Below are positions 22,517 to 32,276 of a stretch of 64,000 nucleotides of DNA, piece by piece. The notes beneath the pieces were generated by a model. That model was given only the letters and a program-made list of their open reading frames with translations, was not told the origin of the DNA and did no database searches. Source of the stretch: a virus; the IMG/VR virus record IMGVR_UViG_3300035698_028866, positions 1-64,000 of that record; one strand, 5' to 3'. How positions within the stretch are numbered: position 1 is the stretch's first letter; every line of letters starts with the position of its first letter. The translations under genes were made by a program, and so were the position numbers.

Positions 22517-23098
22517 TTATGCTCCTAGAATTCTTTCTACTTCTTTAGGATAGCGTTTCTTTACGAGTTCTGTTAGCCGTTCTCTTAGCTCATCGGGTAG
22601 CATCCCCGCCAGCCCACGACCGGCAGCCTCGGAACGGGCCTGTGTTGGAAGAAGAAATCTGCGCCAAAACCCTGTTTCGTCTTCAGGAGTAAAGAAGCCT
22701 TCAAGGGCATTTCTAGGAACACCCATGGAGGAATACTGTGGAAAAAGGCCAAGCGGAGATGTTAAGGCATAAAGCAGTGACTCTGATATGCGTTTTAGGT
22801 TGCTATGAGGGGGTTTCTTCTCTTTTGCAATCGCCGAAACTTCTTTCATAAGTTCAGAGTCCATTTTGTTGATTGCGTTGAAAAACTCCATACTCTCAAA
22901 CGGGCTCTGTGGCTGCCATACGGCTTCTTCTGGCAATAGATCTTTTTGAGCCTTAGCCATCGGGACAGAGATAGGAGATGTAATTAACCGCGTAAGAATT
23001 TCTGGGGTACTCAAGATATTCTGAATAGCACCACCGGCAGCATTCTTAACCAGCACGTCAAAATATGCGTCAATCCGTTGTTTTGCTGATTTATTCAA
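22517..23098 (-). CDS. Leader-bearing putative internal virion protein
   Basis: TTG start; N-terminus MNKSAKQRIDAYFDVLVKNA-AG. Confidence 0.7.
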   Translation of the reverse strand: MNKSAKQRIDAYFDVLVKNAAGGAIQNILSTPEILTRLITSPISVPMAKAQKDLLPEEAVWQPQSPFESMEFFNAINKMDSELMKEVSAIAKEKKPPHSNLKRISESLLYALTSPLGLFPQYSSMGVPRNALEGFFTPEDETGFWRRFLLPTQARSEAAGRGLAGMLPDELRERLTELVKKRYPKEVERILGA

Positions 23099-23120
23099 TT
23101 GCCTAGTCCCCTATATTGGT
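23098..23120. repeat. 23-bp direct repeat, copy 2 (3' end of the beta' C-half gene)
   Basis: attgcctagtcccctatattggt. Confidence 0.95.
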
Positions 23121-25436
23121 TATCTTTCCACTCAATACGATTTGCGGAATTGTTGCTGAAGCTCTTGTTGGGTCACTAAAGGTCTGACCAGAATGTAACG
23201 CGTCCATGAGAGATCCTTTAAGGTAGTATCCCCCCAGGCGCTCCAGCCAGTCAGAAGAATGCTGAAGAGCTTCTACGGCAGGACGCATTTCAGGATCAAA
23301 GGGTGGGGGGACATTGTGCACCGCGATTTCCTTTACGTTGTGCCCCACCATCTCTTTTACCATGCTCGGTGTCAGTCTAGTTCCAATAGTGTAATGCATG
23401 ATGGGTTTCTCCAGCCATGTATCCACAGCTCGCTTCGGATCCATAAGCTTGAAACCTTCTCGAGGCTTATAGGACCTAGCTATCTGAGAATACTCCACAA
23501 TGTCCCCCGGCACCCACTCCCCAAAGCGTGAATTCATCCTCACGTGGTTTATGACCCCTCTTGCCAGATATTCTATGTTCCTCTTGTTGTGTGATATCCC
23601 TGAGTCTTTGAGAGCCTTGGAGAAGATGTCAACGAATAGCTTCCTGCCTTCCCCAATACCCCTATAACGAGCAAGCTCCGCAGGATTGGGTATACCTTCG
23701 CTCAGAACAGTTCCCCTTTCCACGTGCTGCCCCGATCTTACGTTTACGGCTAGACCTGGGGCTATATGGTATTCCTGCGTCCCTACGAGGATATTCTTGC
23801 CTCCTGCTGGTAGATCCAGTATGTCTTTTACGACACCGCCCTGAGAGGCAATGGCTGCACCCCCCGCAAAGCTCTTGGGAACGGTTATGAGCTGCTTCAC
23901 AAGCTCCAGCCCTGTTACTGTTCCTCGGGATACGTGCTTGCTCGCGATAGCTGACTGAGTTAATGGTTCTGAATTACTAACTACCAAACCATTGGCCAAA
24001 AGAAAAAGATGGTCAGGATGATTTACATAGATGTCGTATGTTTTCTTTTTTCCTACACTCTCTGCTGAAATTCTGCAACAGCGATCAATACTATCAAAAG
24101 AGTCCGGCAGAACAGCCTGAAACCTATCAAGATTGTTAGCTAAGCAGAAACTAACAGGACGCTTTGCAACAAGCTCTCCATATGTTTTTTCGCTCTGAGT
24201 CCTATTTGACCTTACGTCTATCGTAGAAAGTATTTTATGATCAGGTGTAGATATTACTTCCAGCAGACACTCTCTAGTAGATTTTCCTGTCCCTCTTCGG
24301 AAGATAGTTTTGATGCACTCCTTTTCTCCGCTGTAACCTGTCTTTAGCACCTCTACTGGTTTAATCTTTCCGTGTTTGCTACATCCGAGAATCCTATCAC
24401 TTAAGGCTATGTCCTGTATTTTTTTCTCGCTCCCATCAGCCATCTGTATTAGAGTGTCTTCGGCCAAACAAAGGCTCTGGGTCGCGGATACTCCTGGGAA
24501 AGAACCTAAGGCAGGATACGTCCCTGTCTCTCTATAGCCTGCAGCCTGTTGAGATATCCCATCCTCTAGCATAGAAGTAGTAGGGGAGTATACGAGGATC
24601 CTTTCGTGCTTTCTTGCAATACGCTTCATGAGACGAGGGGTAAGTACTTCACCAGCCTTTGCAATGTCATCAATGTCTTCTGCAAGCACGGCCCCCTCAT
24701 AATCAGGATCCTTAGGGTCTATGGGAAGACCTATTCCCTTCTCTGGTTCCAGCTGCCCTGTAACTCTAAGTCTAAGAACGGAGCGGAAGAGCTGATTAGC
24801 CAGATACCCAGCCTCGGGAGTTGCAAGCTTCAAAGCGGTGTAGCCTTTTCGTGTTCCATATCCCGTAGTCCAATACTCTTCCGGAGTCAAACCTTCCGCA
24901 TACCCATGGAGAATTGGAACGGGTAGAGGTTTGTCATCATTCCCTACACCATAGATAGGTCCTGCCACGAGATCCAAAGTCTTACCAATTGAGCCTCTGC
25001 TTCCGCTCTTTACCTGGAGGAGGAAAGATGTGTCTCCCTTGTCCTTGACCAGTCTATCCTCCAGAACTCCACGCGAGAGCTCAAGAAGCTTTACTATCCT
25101 ACTGCGCTTTTCCTCGGGTGAAGAGTCACTTGCCACAACGGCGTCTACCTGTTGCTTTAGCTGCTCCCGGATCTCCACCATCTGCTTGGAGAGGGAGAAC
25201 GACTTAGGCGTAAGAGAGCTAACACCACCATACTCCTTTGCGACGTGCTCTCCAAAAAGGTGAAGCCTTCGGAGAATAGCGGCATAGTCTTCAGGGTGAG
25301 CCTTAGCCACTTCGTACATGATCAGCTGAATCTTGTTCTTGTCTATACCCCCAGAGTCAACAAGGTAATGGACATCCTTAGGGAGAATGTCTTTCAGTAT
25401 GAGCTTGCCTATTGTGGTGTTTACTACATTACCCAT
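23103..25436 (-). CDS. rpoC: Phage RNA polymerase beta'-like subunit, C-terminal half, with intein
   Basis: TTIGK, SGSRGS, bridge helix EGLTPEEYW..GTRKG..KLATPEAGYL, trigger loop QSL|SEPLTQ..SKH. Confidence 0.92.
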   Translation of the reverse strand: MGNVVNTTIGKLILKDILPKDVHYLVDSGGIDKNKIQLIMYEVAKAHPEDYAAILRRLHLFGEHVAKEYGGVSSLTPKSFSLSKQMVEIREQLKQQVDAVVASDSSPEEKRSRIVKLLELSRGVLEDRLVKDKGDTSFLLQVKSGSRGSIGKTLDLVAGPIYGVGNDDKPLPVPILHGYAEGLTPEEYWTTGYGTRKGYTALKLATPEAGYLANQLFRSVLRLRVTGQLEPEKGIGLPIDPKDPDYEGAVLAEDIDDIAKAGEVLTPRLMKRIARKHERILVYSPTTSMLEDGISQQAAGYRETGTYPALGSFPGVSATQSLCLAEDTLIQMADGSEKKIQDIALSDRILGCSKHGKIKPVEVLKTGYSGEKECIKTIFRRGTGKSTRECLLEVISTPDHKILSTIDVRSNRTQSEKTYGELVAKRPVSFCLANNLDRFQAVLPDSFDSIDRCCRISAESVGKKKTYDIYVNHPDHLFLLANGLVVSNSEPLTQSAIASKHVSRGTVTGLELVKQLITVPKSFAGGAAIASQGGVVKDILDLPAGGKNILVGTQEYHIAPGLAVNVRSGQHVERGTVLSEGIPNPAELARYRGIGEGRKLFVDIFSKALKDSGISHNKRNIEYLARGVINHVRMNSRFGEWVPGDIVEYSQIARSYKPREGFKLMDPKRAVDTWLEKPIMHYTIGTRLTPSMVKEMVGHNVKEIAVHNVPPPFDPEMRPAVEALQHSSDWLERLGGYYLKGSLMDALHSGQTFSDPTRASATIPQIVLSGKITNIGD
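23973..24470 (-). mobile_element. Mini-intein (166 aa) in the trigger-loop region
   Basis: Starts CLAEDTLIQMADG, block B TPDH, ends TYDIYV..HLFLLANGLVVSN, +1 Ser. Confidence 0.92.
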
Positions 25437-26235
25437 ATCCGAGAGCCTCTAATTGAGCCTTTAGTGCTTCGTCGTCCGGAACTTCATCATCATCACGCAA
25501 CTCTACTGGTTTCAGCTTGTCGTTGAACTCACCTATGGACACCCACGGAACAGTCAAAAGCTCTGGATTTGACCACGAAGCATGGTGACCGAAGCATGCA
25601 TCTTCTCCGATCAGCTGTCCATGGTCTGCCGTAACTATGACTCTACCTTTCAGCTTCGGAAGTAGCTTCTCCGCTAAGTTGATAGAGAGACGAGCGTTAC
25701 GCGTGTAGGCTAGCTTCAAAAGATTCCAGAACTCAGGCTTCCAGTTCTTATGCCGCCCTTTTTTCATTATCTGACGATTGAATTTCTTGTCTTCCTCCAG
25801 AATGAATGGTTCGTGAGGCTGAAGGAAGTGAATCACTGTGTGCAGAGGCTGACCTTCCGCTGTATGCCTGAGAACGGCGGTGGATACTCTGTCTGGCTCT
25901 ATTCCAAGTGTAGGACATCCAGATCTATGAATAGCAGTCCAGGTGTTCACAAACTTGAAGTTCTCCGCCTTCTCCCTACGAGCCTGATTATAGGGTACAG
26001 GATTAGCCGTAACATAGAGAACAGGAGGACCATCCGAGAACATATCACAGATCCCAGACATGTAGCATTGGGTCTGACCCCCCATGGAAATCATGCTCTC
26101 TATCTTGTCGGAGCGGGACCATATCTCTCGGAAAGTGTCATCTCGACAGGCATCAAGAATGATAAGGACGTTCCAGTCCTTTTTGGACAAACGTAGATAT
26201 TGTTCGGAATGTTGATTTGCTGAAGCTTTTGACAT
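25429..26235 (-). CDS. Sulfatase-like alkaline-phosphatase-superfamily protein
   Basis: IILDACR, HFLQPHEPF, VTADHG, GHH, VPW, C-terminal LEALGY. Confidence 0.8.
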   Translation of the reverse strand: MSKASANQHSEQYLRLSKKDWNVLIILDACRDDTFREIWSRSDKIESMISMGGQTQCYMSGICDMFSDGPPVLYVTANPVPYNQARREKAENFKFVNTWTAIHRSGCPTLGIEPDRVSTAVLRHTAEGQPLHTVIHFLQPHEPFILEEDKKFNRQIMKKGRHKNWKPEFWNLLKLAYTRNARLSINLAEKLLPKLKGRVIVTADHGQLIGEDACFGHHASWSNPELLTVPWVSIGEFNDKLKPVELRDDDEVPDDEALKAQLEALGYG

Positions 26236-26241
26236 ACGTAT

Positions 26242-26270
26242 ATTATATGTCTACTGCCAAGGCGTGTCCA
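26242..26270 (-). promoter_or_regulatory. Sigma70-type promoter, probably leaderless transcript
   Basis: TGGACA-17 nt-TATAAT, then 6 nt, then ATG 26235; no SD. Confidence 0.65.
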
Positions 26271-27549
26271 GTTCAAAAAAGCTAAAGATGTTCCTACCCA
26301 CTTGACAGATATCCGAAGCCTTGGAAATCTCTGGGGAGGAAGACCATACAAAGGCATCGTCAAGTGTATGAGTCCCGCACAGAGTAGACGGAGGAACAAA
26401 CACCTTACCCGACTCAATCTTTGAGCTTAAAGCAAAGCCGTCTTCTGGGATTAGGACAAGATCGGGAATGATACCAAAGGATTCATCACCATAGATATCC
26501 TCCCCTTTGTGAATAGCCTTGAACACTCTTTTGTCAGTGTCAAATGTCTTCAGGGCCTTCAAGTCCATCTGCAAGGCATTACGTATTTCCTCTACGTCTG
26601 TAACACAACCCTTATCCCATACGCCCTTCTGCATGATGTAGATCCGACCCATGAACAAGGAGAATGCAAGAGACCCCATCTGTATGTCCCTATAGAGCTG
26701 GCGATATCCACAGCGTTCAAACCTGGTAAAGCCCTCGTTCCATAGCCATGTGTTCAGCTTAACCTCTTTCTCTATGAGGCACATGCCGTGATCACTTAGG
26801 ATAACCACATCAGCTCCAGCACGGTCAGCCTCCTCAAGGAAATCAGCAACGAGAGAATCCACTCTGCGATAAAAGTCCAGGAAGTACTCATGATCTTCGT
26901 GATTCTTGTCATGGTAGGCATCCAGAGCAAAATGTCCTATCCTATCTGTGTCTATGTCATGTAGGAAGAAGAAGTCCCAGTCGTAGTTGTGCATTACATC
27001 CATAGAAAACCTATGACGTGCTGCACTTACAGTATCCAGCTCTGTCTTGAATAGGCTAGGGTTCAATTGGGTCTTTACGGCATCAATGTCCTGTCTGTAG
27101 CCCGTAGAACGAATCTTCTCACGAACACTCTCAGGACCTACTATATCTCTAGAGTCTGGGTTTATCTCACACCCGGAGAGGAAACCACTCACCATGATGT
27201 TACAGTTCGGAAGTGCAGGGTAAGACAGGGGAACACCTAGAGATATGCAGGTTGCGCCCTCTAAGTCTAAACTGTCCCATATGGTGCGTCCTGCAATATA
27301 GTAGCTATCAGGGATGCTAACACTGAGGTCGTAATTAGGCTCCAAAAACCCAAAGACTTCTGTGTCCTGAGGATAAAGCCCTGTCTGAAAGGATGCCCAA
27401 GCTGATATACTCACGGGAAGAACAACACTGGAGATCTCATGCCCGTTCTTCAAGAGGCTCCCAAGAACAGGCATTACGCCTTCTTCTCCGAGAGCCCTTG
27501 CAAGAGATAAACTAAGACCATCAAGACCCAAGCCTGCTAGTTTTTTCAT
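26251..27549 (-). CDS. AlkP-superfamily type I phosphodiesterase / nucleotide pyrophosphatase-like protein
   Basis: GLDG, PVSISAWASFQTG, DRIGH, SDHG, PDLVLIP, GTH. Confidence 0.88.
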   Translation of the reverse strand: MKKLAGLGLDGLSLSLARALGEEGVMPVLGSLLKNGHEISSVVLPVSISAWASFQTGLYPQDTEVFGFLEPNYDLSVSIPDSYYIAGRTIWDSLDLEGATCISLGVPLSYPALPNCNIMVSGFLSGCEINPDSRDIVGPESVREKIRSTGYRQDIDAVKTQLNPSLFKTELDTVSAARHRFSMDVMHNYDWDFFFLHDIDTDRIGHFALDAYHDKNHEDHEYFLDFYRRVDSLVADFLEEADRAGADVVILSDHGMCLIEKEVKLNTWLWNEGFTRFERCGYRQLYRDIQMGSLAFSLFMGRIYIMQKGVWDKGCVTDVEEIRNALQMDLKALKTFDTDKRVFKAIHKGEDIYGDESFGIIPDLVLIPEDGFALSSKIESGKVFVPPSTLCGTHTLDDAFVWSSSPEISKASDICQVGRNIFSFFELDTPWQ

Positions 27550-28781
27550 GTAAAGATACCTCCGGCTACGGTTTTTCCGTCCCTTAGGAGAGAAAACCTG
27601 CCTGTATATGGGTTATTAGCAAACGTCTCAAATGCCAGCGCCTTCACGAGAAACCCTGCGTCGGCTATATTAGTCTTTTCCAGCTTCATCAGATCTTTCA
27701 TATTTCCCGCTGTAGCCGTATTCGTCCTTGTAGTCAAACTAATGCCTGTGCACGGATACTTGGTGAATCCAGCACGGAGGACAAGATTGTTGGTTTTCTC
27801 ACCTTCTACTATCTTTAAGGGCTCGTCGTCCAACCAGAATATAGTCCCGTGACCAATAGGAAAGAACACTAGTGCTTGATACTTAGGAGTAAGAATGTCC
27901 CCACGGTCAGGAGCAAGCGTGGTTGGATCGAACGTAAGCCCGATAGCATCACCAGCGGAAGCAGACTCAATAGGCCTTCCCCATCCATCTATTAGTGTAT
28001 ATACCTCTCCTGTCATTCTTGGGAAGCCACCTACTACAAAGTCCTTAAGCTTGATACTTCCTGTTCGAACAACTCCCATGTAGATATCTTCCCCAGGCAT
28101 AGAGATCTTATCCTGTATCTCTATACGAGAAGGAAGAAGAGACCTGGTGTCAGTCGGGGGAATCTGCTCTGCTATAACATCGAGTAAAGCACCCCCAAGC
28201 TCAAACGCAGGGAAGCCGGGAGTAGATACGTTGAAGCCTGTAAGCGCGCTAATGGGGACATGAGCAGTTATCTTGCACCCAACCTTGGTTATAAGCCTAT
28301 CCAAGGTCTTTTTGGCTTCTTGATAGCGTTTCATGTCATATTCAATTGCATCCAGCTTATTGTAGACAGCTATTACCGACTTAGTGGACATGAACTTGAG
28401 AAGATGTGCATGTCTAACAGTCTGCTCCGTAACACCCTCTGTAACGTCGAAGATGAAGAGGACAGAGTCAGCCTGTGTAGCACCGCTAGCGGCCGCTGTG
28501 AAGAATTCCAAGTGACCGGGTACGTCTACGAGGGTAAACTGCCTATCCTTGTGCCTGTAGGTTACCTGACTCTCTCCTATTGTCTTCCTAGTTATCCGCT
28601 CCTCTCTCAAGTAGTCTACGAGAAATCCAAGCTCTAAGTCTTTCATACCACGCTCTTTACAAGTCTTCTTCACATCGTCGATCCTACTCTGAGGAATTCC
28701 GCCTGTGTCTAGAAGGATCCTGCCTAACAGTGTGGACTTTCCATGATCCGTGCTTCCAAGAAGTACTAGTTTATGTATCAT
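27546..28781 (-). CDS. cysN: Sulfate adenylyltransferase subunit 1 (CysN-like GTPase)
   Basis: GSTDHGKST, DVPGH, NKLD, SALTG, C-terminal GRFSLL..TVAGG; adjacent to cysD. Confidence 0.85.
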   Translation of the reverse strand: MIHKLVLLGSTDHGKSTLLGRILLDTGGIPQSRIDDVKKTCKERGMKDLELGFLVDYLREERITRKTIGESQVTYRHKDRQFTLVDVPGHLEFFTAAASGATQADSVLFIFDVTEGVTEQTVRHAHLLKFMSTKSVIAVYNKLDAIEYDMKRYQEAKKTLDRLITKVGCKITAHVPISALTGFNVSTPGFPAFELGGALLDVIAEQIPPTDTRSLLPSRIEIQDKISMPGEDIYMGVVRTGSIKLKDFVVGGFPRMTGEVYTLIDGWGRPIESASAGDAIGLTFDPTTLAPDRGDILTPKYQALVFFPIGHGTIFWLDDEPLKIVEGEKTNNLVLRAGFTKYPCTGISLTTRTNTATAGNMKDLMKLEKTNIADAGFLVKALAFETFANNPYTGRFSLLRDGKTVAGGIFT

Positions 28782-29603
28782 TTACATATATCCCAAAGCG
28801 TGAAGTCGTTGCATGTTATAAGTGTCTTCCTTGTCTTGTGCCCTTCCGTCTCGTTCAGCATCCGTTGTGGTGCATAGTTCCTTCATGATCGCATCCAACG
28901 TATCAGCATCGGAGTCTATCGGAGAGCTACAAGGATCACAGCCCAAGCTTCTATAGCGTTTCCCTTCCGAAGCAAAGTAGAGAGGGCAGACGGGGAGGTT
29001 GTTCTTCTTGACATAGCTCCAGACGTCGATCTCGCGCCATGCAAGCAAAGGATGAATCCTGTAATGCTCCCCGGGATTCATCTCACTATCATAATGATCC
29101 CACAACTCAGGAGACTGGTCCATGTAGTTCCACTTGAAGTCCTTATTCCTGGGAGACCACATGCGTTCCTTTGCTCTTATCCCATGCTCATCCCTTCTTA
29201 TACCCAAGAAGAGCGCGTCGAACCCATTCTCCTCTACACAGTCCATGAGCGCCACAGTCTTAAGCTTATGGCAGCACGTGAACTTATCTGACTTACTAGG
29301 CCCCTGCCCCTCACTAAGAGCCTTTTCGTTCTTCGCCACTATTAGGTTCAGCCCGAGCTCTTCCACCTGCTGGTCCCTGAAGCGTAGAAGCTCTATCTTA
29401 TGCCATCCCGTATCTATGAATACCACGGGGAAGGGGTTTATACCAAAGAATGAACTCCTACATAGCCAGAGAAGGGTCTGACTATCTTTACCACATGACC
29501 ACAGCAAGGCAGGGTTCTTGAATTGGACCCTTGCCTCACGAATAGCAATCACGGAGAGCTGCTCTAGTTCGTGCAGCCTCTCATCTGACGTCTCTTTGTC
29601 CAT
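28782..29603 (-). CDS. cysD: Sulfate adenylyltransferase subunit 2
   Basis: LWSCGKDS, IDTGW, GIRRDE..RAKER..SPR, QSPELW, RIHPL..W.E.DVW.Y, YRSLGC, ERDGRAQDKE, GYM; start at MDKET. Confidence 0.95.
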   Translation of the reverse strand: MDKETSDERLHELEQLSVIAIREARVQFKNPALLWSCGKDSQTLLWLCRSSFFGINPFPVVFIDTGWHKIELLRFRDQQVEELGLNLIVAKNEKALSEGQGPSKSDKFTCCHKLKTVALMDCVEENGFDALFLGIRRDEHGIRAKERMWSPRNKDFKWNYMDQSPELWDHYDSEMNPGEHYRIHPLLAWREIDVWSYVKKNNLPVCPLYFASEGKRYRSLGCDPCSSPIDSDADTLDAIMKELCTTTDAERDGRAQDKEDTYNMQRLHALGYM

Positions 29604-29604
29604 A

Positions 29605-29862
29605 CTAGTGTCCCTTTGAGGTTGATTCAATTGCATCTTTTATGATCTCTATATCATCCCTTAGCTCTTCAAAGCGCTTTACGAGGTCTGAAAGCTTCAG
29701 GTCTTCCGGGGGAGCACAACAGCGTATCCCCGAGAAGCCATTGTTCACACCAGGGAATGCTGCTGGGTAGTGCTCCTTCAACTCTTCGGTCAACTCTACA
29801 AGATCGAGCGACAGGAAATAAAGCCTATTCCTGTCCGCCTTGTTTATACCTCCACTAGTCAT
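29605..29862 (-). CDS. Hypothetical protein
   Basis: 85 aa, fills the operon gap. Confidence 0.6.
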   Translation of the reverse strand: MTSGGINKADRNRLYFLSLDLVELTEELKEHYPAAFPGVNNGFSGIRCCAPPEDLKLSDLVKRFEELRDDIEIIKDAIESTSKGH

Positions 29863-29863
29863 T

Positions 29864-30427
29864 TCATCCCTCCCCTTTTACCAACTCAGCAGGGTCATAC
29901 GAGTCCATTACCTCCGTAGACAACTTCCCAGGAGATTTTATCCTCTTCTGCCTGTCCATTATCACCTTGGCATAGTTCCTACCATCGTGATCAGGTTCAA
30001 ACATACAGATAAGCTGGATAGGCTTGTTAAATGCGTAGGCAACCCCAAGATCGAAGTGGCTCCCCGTACTTTTCCTTGTCCAGAATATCGCTACCATATC
30101 ACTCCATGCTATCTTCTTTACCTCCAAGGCTACGATCTCATTCCCCGTCTCATCCTCGGGCATTCTAACCTCATTGGGGTAGAAGATGTCATGCCCCTCA
30201 TCTCTCCATACCCTCACCTGCTCACTCATTTGCTTCAGCTGCTCATCAGTCGCCTTCCTGACAGGGCAGATAGCATACACCTTTAAGGGTCTTGGGGGAA
30301 ACAAGGACGTATCCTCATCCTTCCCCATGCTCTTCTTCTCCATCTTCAACTTCCGTCTTGTTTTGGCCCAAGAACTTTTGCCACTGCCAGAGTTGCCGAT
30401 TTCTTCTTTGCTGCTTTCCCACGTCAT
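29864..30427 (-). CDS. Nucleoside 2-deoxyribosyltransferase-like (NDT/RCL) protein
   Basis: KVYAICP, IFYP, IAWSDMV, STGSHFDLGVAYAFNKPI. Confidence 0.75.
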   Translation of the reverse strand: MTWESSKEEIGNSGSGKSSWAKTRRKLKMEKKSMGKDEDTSLFPPRPLKVYAICPVRKATDEQLKQMSEQVRVWRDEGHDIFYPNEVRMPEDETGNEIVALEVKKIAWSDMVAIFWTRKSTGSHFDLGVAYAFNKPIQLICMFEPDHDGRNYAKVIMDRQKRIKSPGKLSTEVMDSYDPAELVKGEG

Positions 30428-30442
30428 GGGTTAGTCTCCTTT

Positions 30443-31184
30443 TCATAAGGTATTAGCTACACGGTTAAATAGATCTTTATTCACATGTTCAAACACATAC
30501 GATACGTCACTCACTTTTATAGTCTTAAACTCCCCAGTCTCCGAATCTGTTACATATCCGTCAATAATAAGCCCAATGACCTTATAGAGCTCTTCCATAG
30601 ACTTCGGAGGGGTATAGGTCTTATCTTCGTTCATGTTAATTCCTCATGAGCACGAGGTTCTAAGCAGTAACCAAAAATACCACGGAGCTTCTCACATGTA
30701 TGACTGTGAACTATCGGCGCGTTGCCTGCATTTGCACCACACCAGCATTCATTATCCTCCAGACTTAAGAGTAAAACGGACAAAAGGTTAAGGGACTCGT
30801 AAGACATAACAAGCTCCTGTAACACATCCCTTACACGACACAGACCGACACGCGTAACTGAATCACCCTCCAATCTTAAGACAGATCCATCCTTGTCTGG
30901 AACATTCCCTAGAATTACGTTCTTCTCATCCGTAAGATCGGAGAGAAGTTCATAGGGCTTGATATCGCCACGAATACGCAAGTTCAGCTTCATAATACAT
31001 ACCTTTCATATGCCACTTGCATTGGGAAAACGCTGAAAAGGTGTCTAGAGTGCCCTGAACGAGCTCCCTGGGAAACACCACACGAAGCACAAGAACGAGG
31101 CATATCACAGTTAGGCAAGACCCGTCCTTGTGCACAACTTGGTAGGTACTCCTCCATGCCCTTCATTATACGGAATAACGTCAT
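30443..31184 (-). other. Three small hypothetical genes (30443..30634, 30631..30993, 30990..31184)
   Basis: ATGA-coupled ORFs; the last is Cys-rich and may start at MEEYL. Confidence 0.55.
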
Positions 31185-31194
31185 GTAAATGCAA
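31165..31194 (-). promoter_or_regulatory. Sigma70-type promoter of the NDT-cysDN operon
   Basis: TTGCAT-18 nt-TATAAT directly after the terminator. Confidence 0.55.
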
Positions 31195-31207
31195 CTGAAA
31201 ATCTAGG

Positions 31208-31250
31208 TCATAGCAAAAAAAAAGGAGGGTTGATCTCCTCCCTTTTTTTT
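31208..31250 (-). terminator. Intrinsic terminator closing accessory island B
   Basis: GGGAGG/CCUCCU stem flanked by A8 and U9, tail GCUAUGA. Confidence 0.8.
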
Positions 31251-31299
31251 GATGTCAGGCTCTCCTTAAGCTAATCTGGGTGTGTTAGATAAGTCTTGC

Positions 31300-31506
31300 T
31301 CACCAGAAGGGAATGGGAACTTTCAATGGGAAATCCAAAGCTGCTATCTCCCAGCAGTCGTCAAACAGCTCTTTACATATAGGCAATGGTGCGAAAGGAT
31401 ATTTGACATTATAAAGCTGCTGCTCTCGCAATATCACATTTCCAAAACTAGGATGCTTCAGAATAGTACCCTTCTTCGCCTGTGGGAGCAGCTCTCGTAT
31501 ATACAT
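31300..31506 (-). CDS. Paralog family A protein
   Basis: N-terminus MYIRELLPQAKKG...HP...DDCWEIA. Confidence 0.7.
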   Translation of the reverse strand: MYIRELLPQAKKGTILKHPSFGNVILREQQLYNVKYPFAPLPICKELFDDCWEIAALDFPLKVPIPFW

Positions 31507-31519
31507 AGTCAGTCTCCTT

Positions 31520-31825
31520 TCATGGATTTAGTCCAGTTCCTTTACAGTCAGGGCATACCAGATTTGGGTTGTTTATCAGAGTCTTACACCATCCCTTATC
31601 CACGCGCCCAGTTCCGTCACACTTGTTGCATGCCCCTGGTGCTGGCTCGGCTATCTCCCAGCGATCGTTGAGCACGTCTAGAGTGATTTTGACTAGCATG
31701 GTCTTGACGCCCTTTTCATCCCGCCAATAGAGTGTACCATTGCTCCACATTGCCAAGCACATAAATGCACGATTACTAAACAGAGCACCCTCCTCTGCCT
31801 GTGGGAGCAACTCTCGTAGATACAT
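31520..31825 (-). CDS. Paralog family A protein with DnaJ-type CxxCxGxG zinc finger
   Basis: MYLRELLPQAEEG; CNKCDGTG, CPDCKGTG. Confidence 0.75.
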   Translation of the reverse strand: MYLRELLPQAEEGALFSNRAFMCLAMWSNGTLYWRDEKGVKTMLVKITLDVLNDRWEIAEPAPGACNKCDGTGRVDKGWCKTLINNPNLVCPDCKGTGLNP

Positions 31826-31827
31826 AG

Positions 31828-32274
31828 TCAGTCTCCTTTTCCATTGTAGACAATACCGCCACCAATGTTCATTAACCTAGTTTCAAGCTCCTCAACGCGT
31901 TGTAGTGCAGCATCAAGCTTCTCTTCGCGTAATACTGATAGCGTTGGAACCTCGGGCTCTATTAGTTTACCTGTTCCTTTACAAACAGGACATTCATAGA
32001 CTTCGTCAAGAGAATTTGGAATAACGATTTTTTCCTTATCAGATAGCCTAAGGTGTGAGATATCCACGCGTCCCAGTCCCTTACACTTTGGGCATGCTCC
32101 CGGTGCTGGCTTGGATATATACCAAAAGTTGTCAAAAACCGCATTTGTCATAGTCACAGCTGAACCATGTCGGGCCACAGAAAGACGCTCTTGTAACCAA
32201 ACACAATCTGACTTTACTGGATGCCCTAATACTGCACCAGCCTTTGCTACGTCAATTAGTTCACGTAGATACAT
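31828..32274 (-). CDS. Paralog family A protein with CxxCxGxG zinc finger
   Basis: MYLRELIDVAKAG; CPKCKGLG, CPVCKGTG. Confidence 0.75.
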   Translation of the reverse strand: MYLRELIDVAKAGAVLGHPVKSDCVWLQERLSVARHGSAVTMTNAVFDNFWYISKPAPGACPKCKGLGRVDISHLRLSDKEKIVIPNSLDEVYECPVCKGTGKLIEPEVPTLSVLREEKLDAALQRVEELETRLMNIGGGIVYNGKGD

Positions 32275-32276
32275 CG

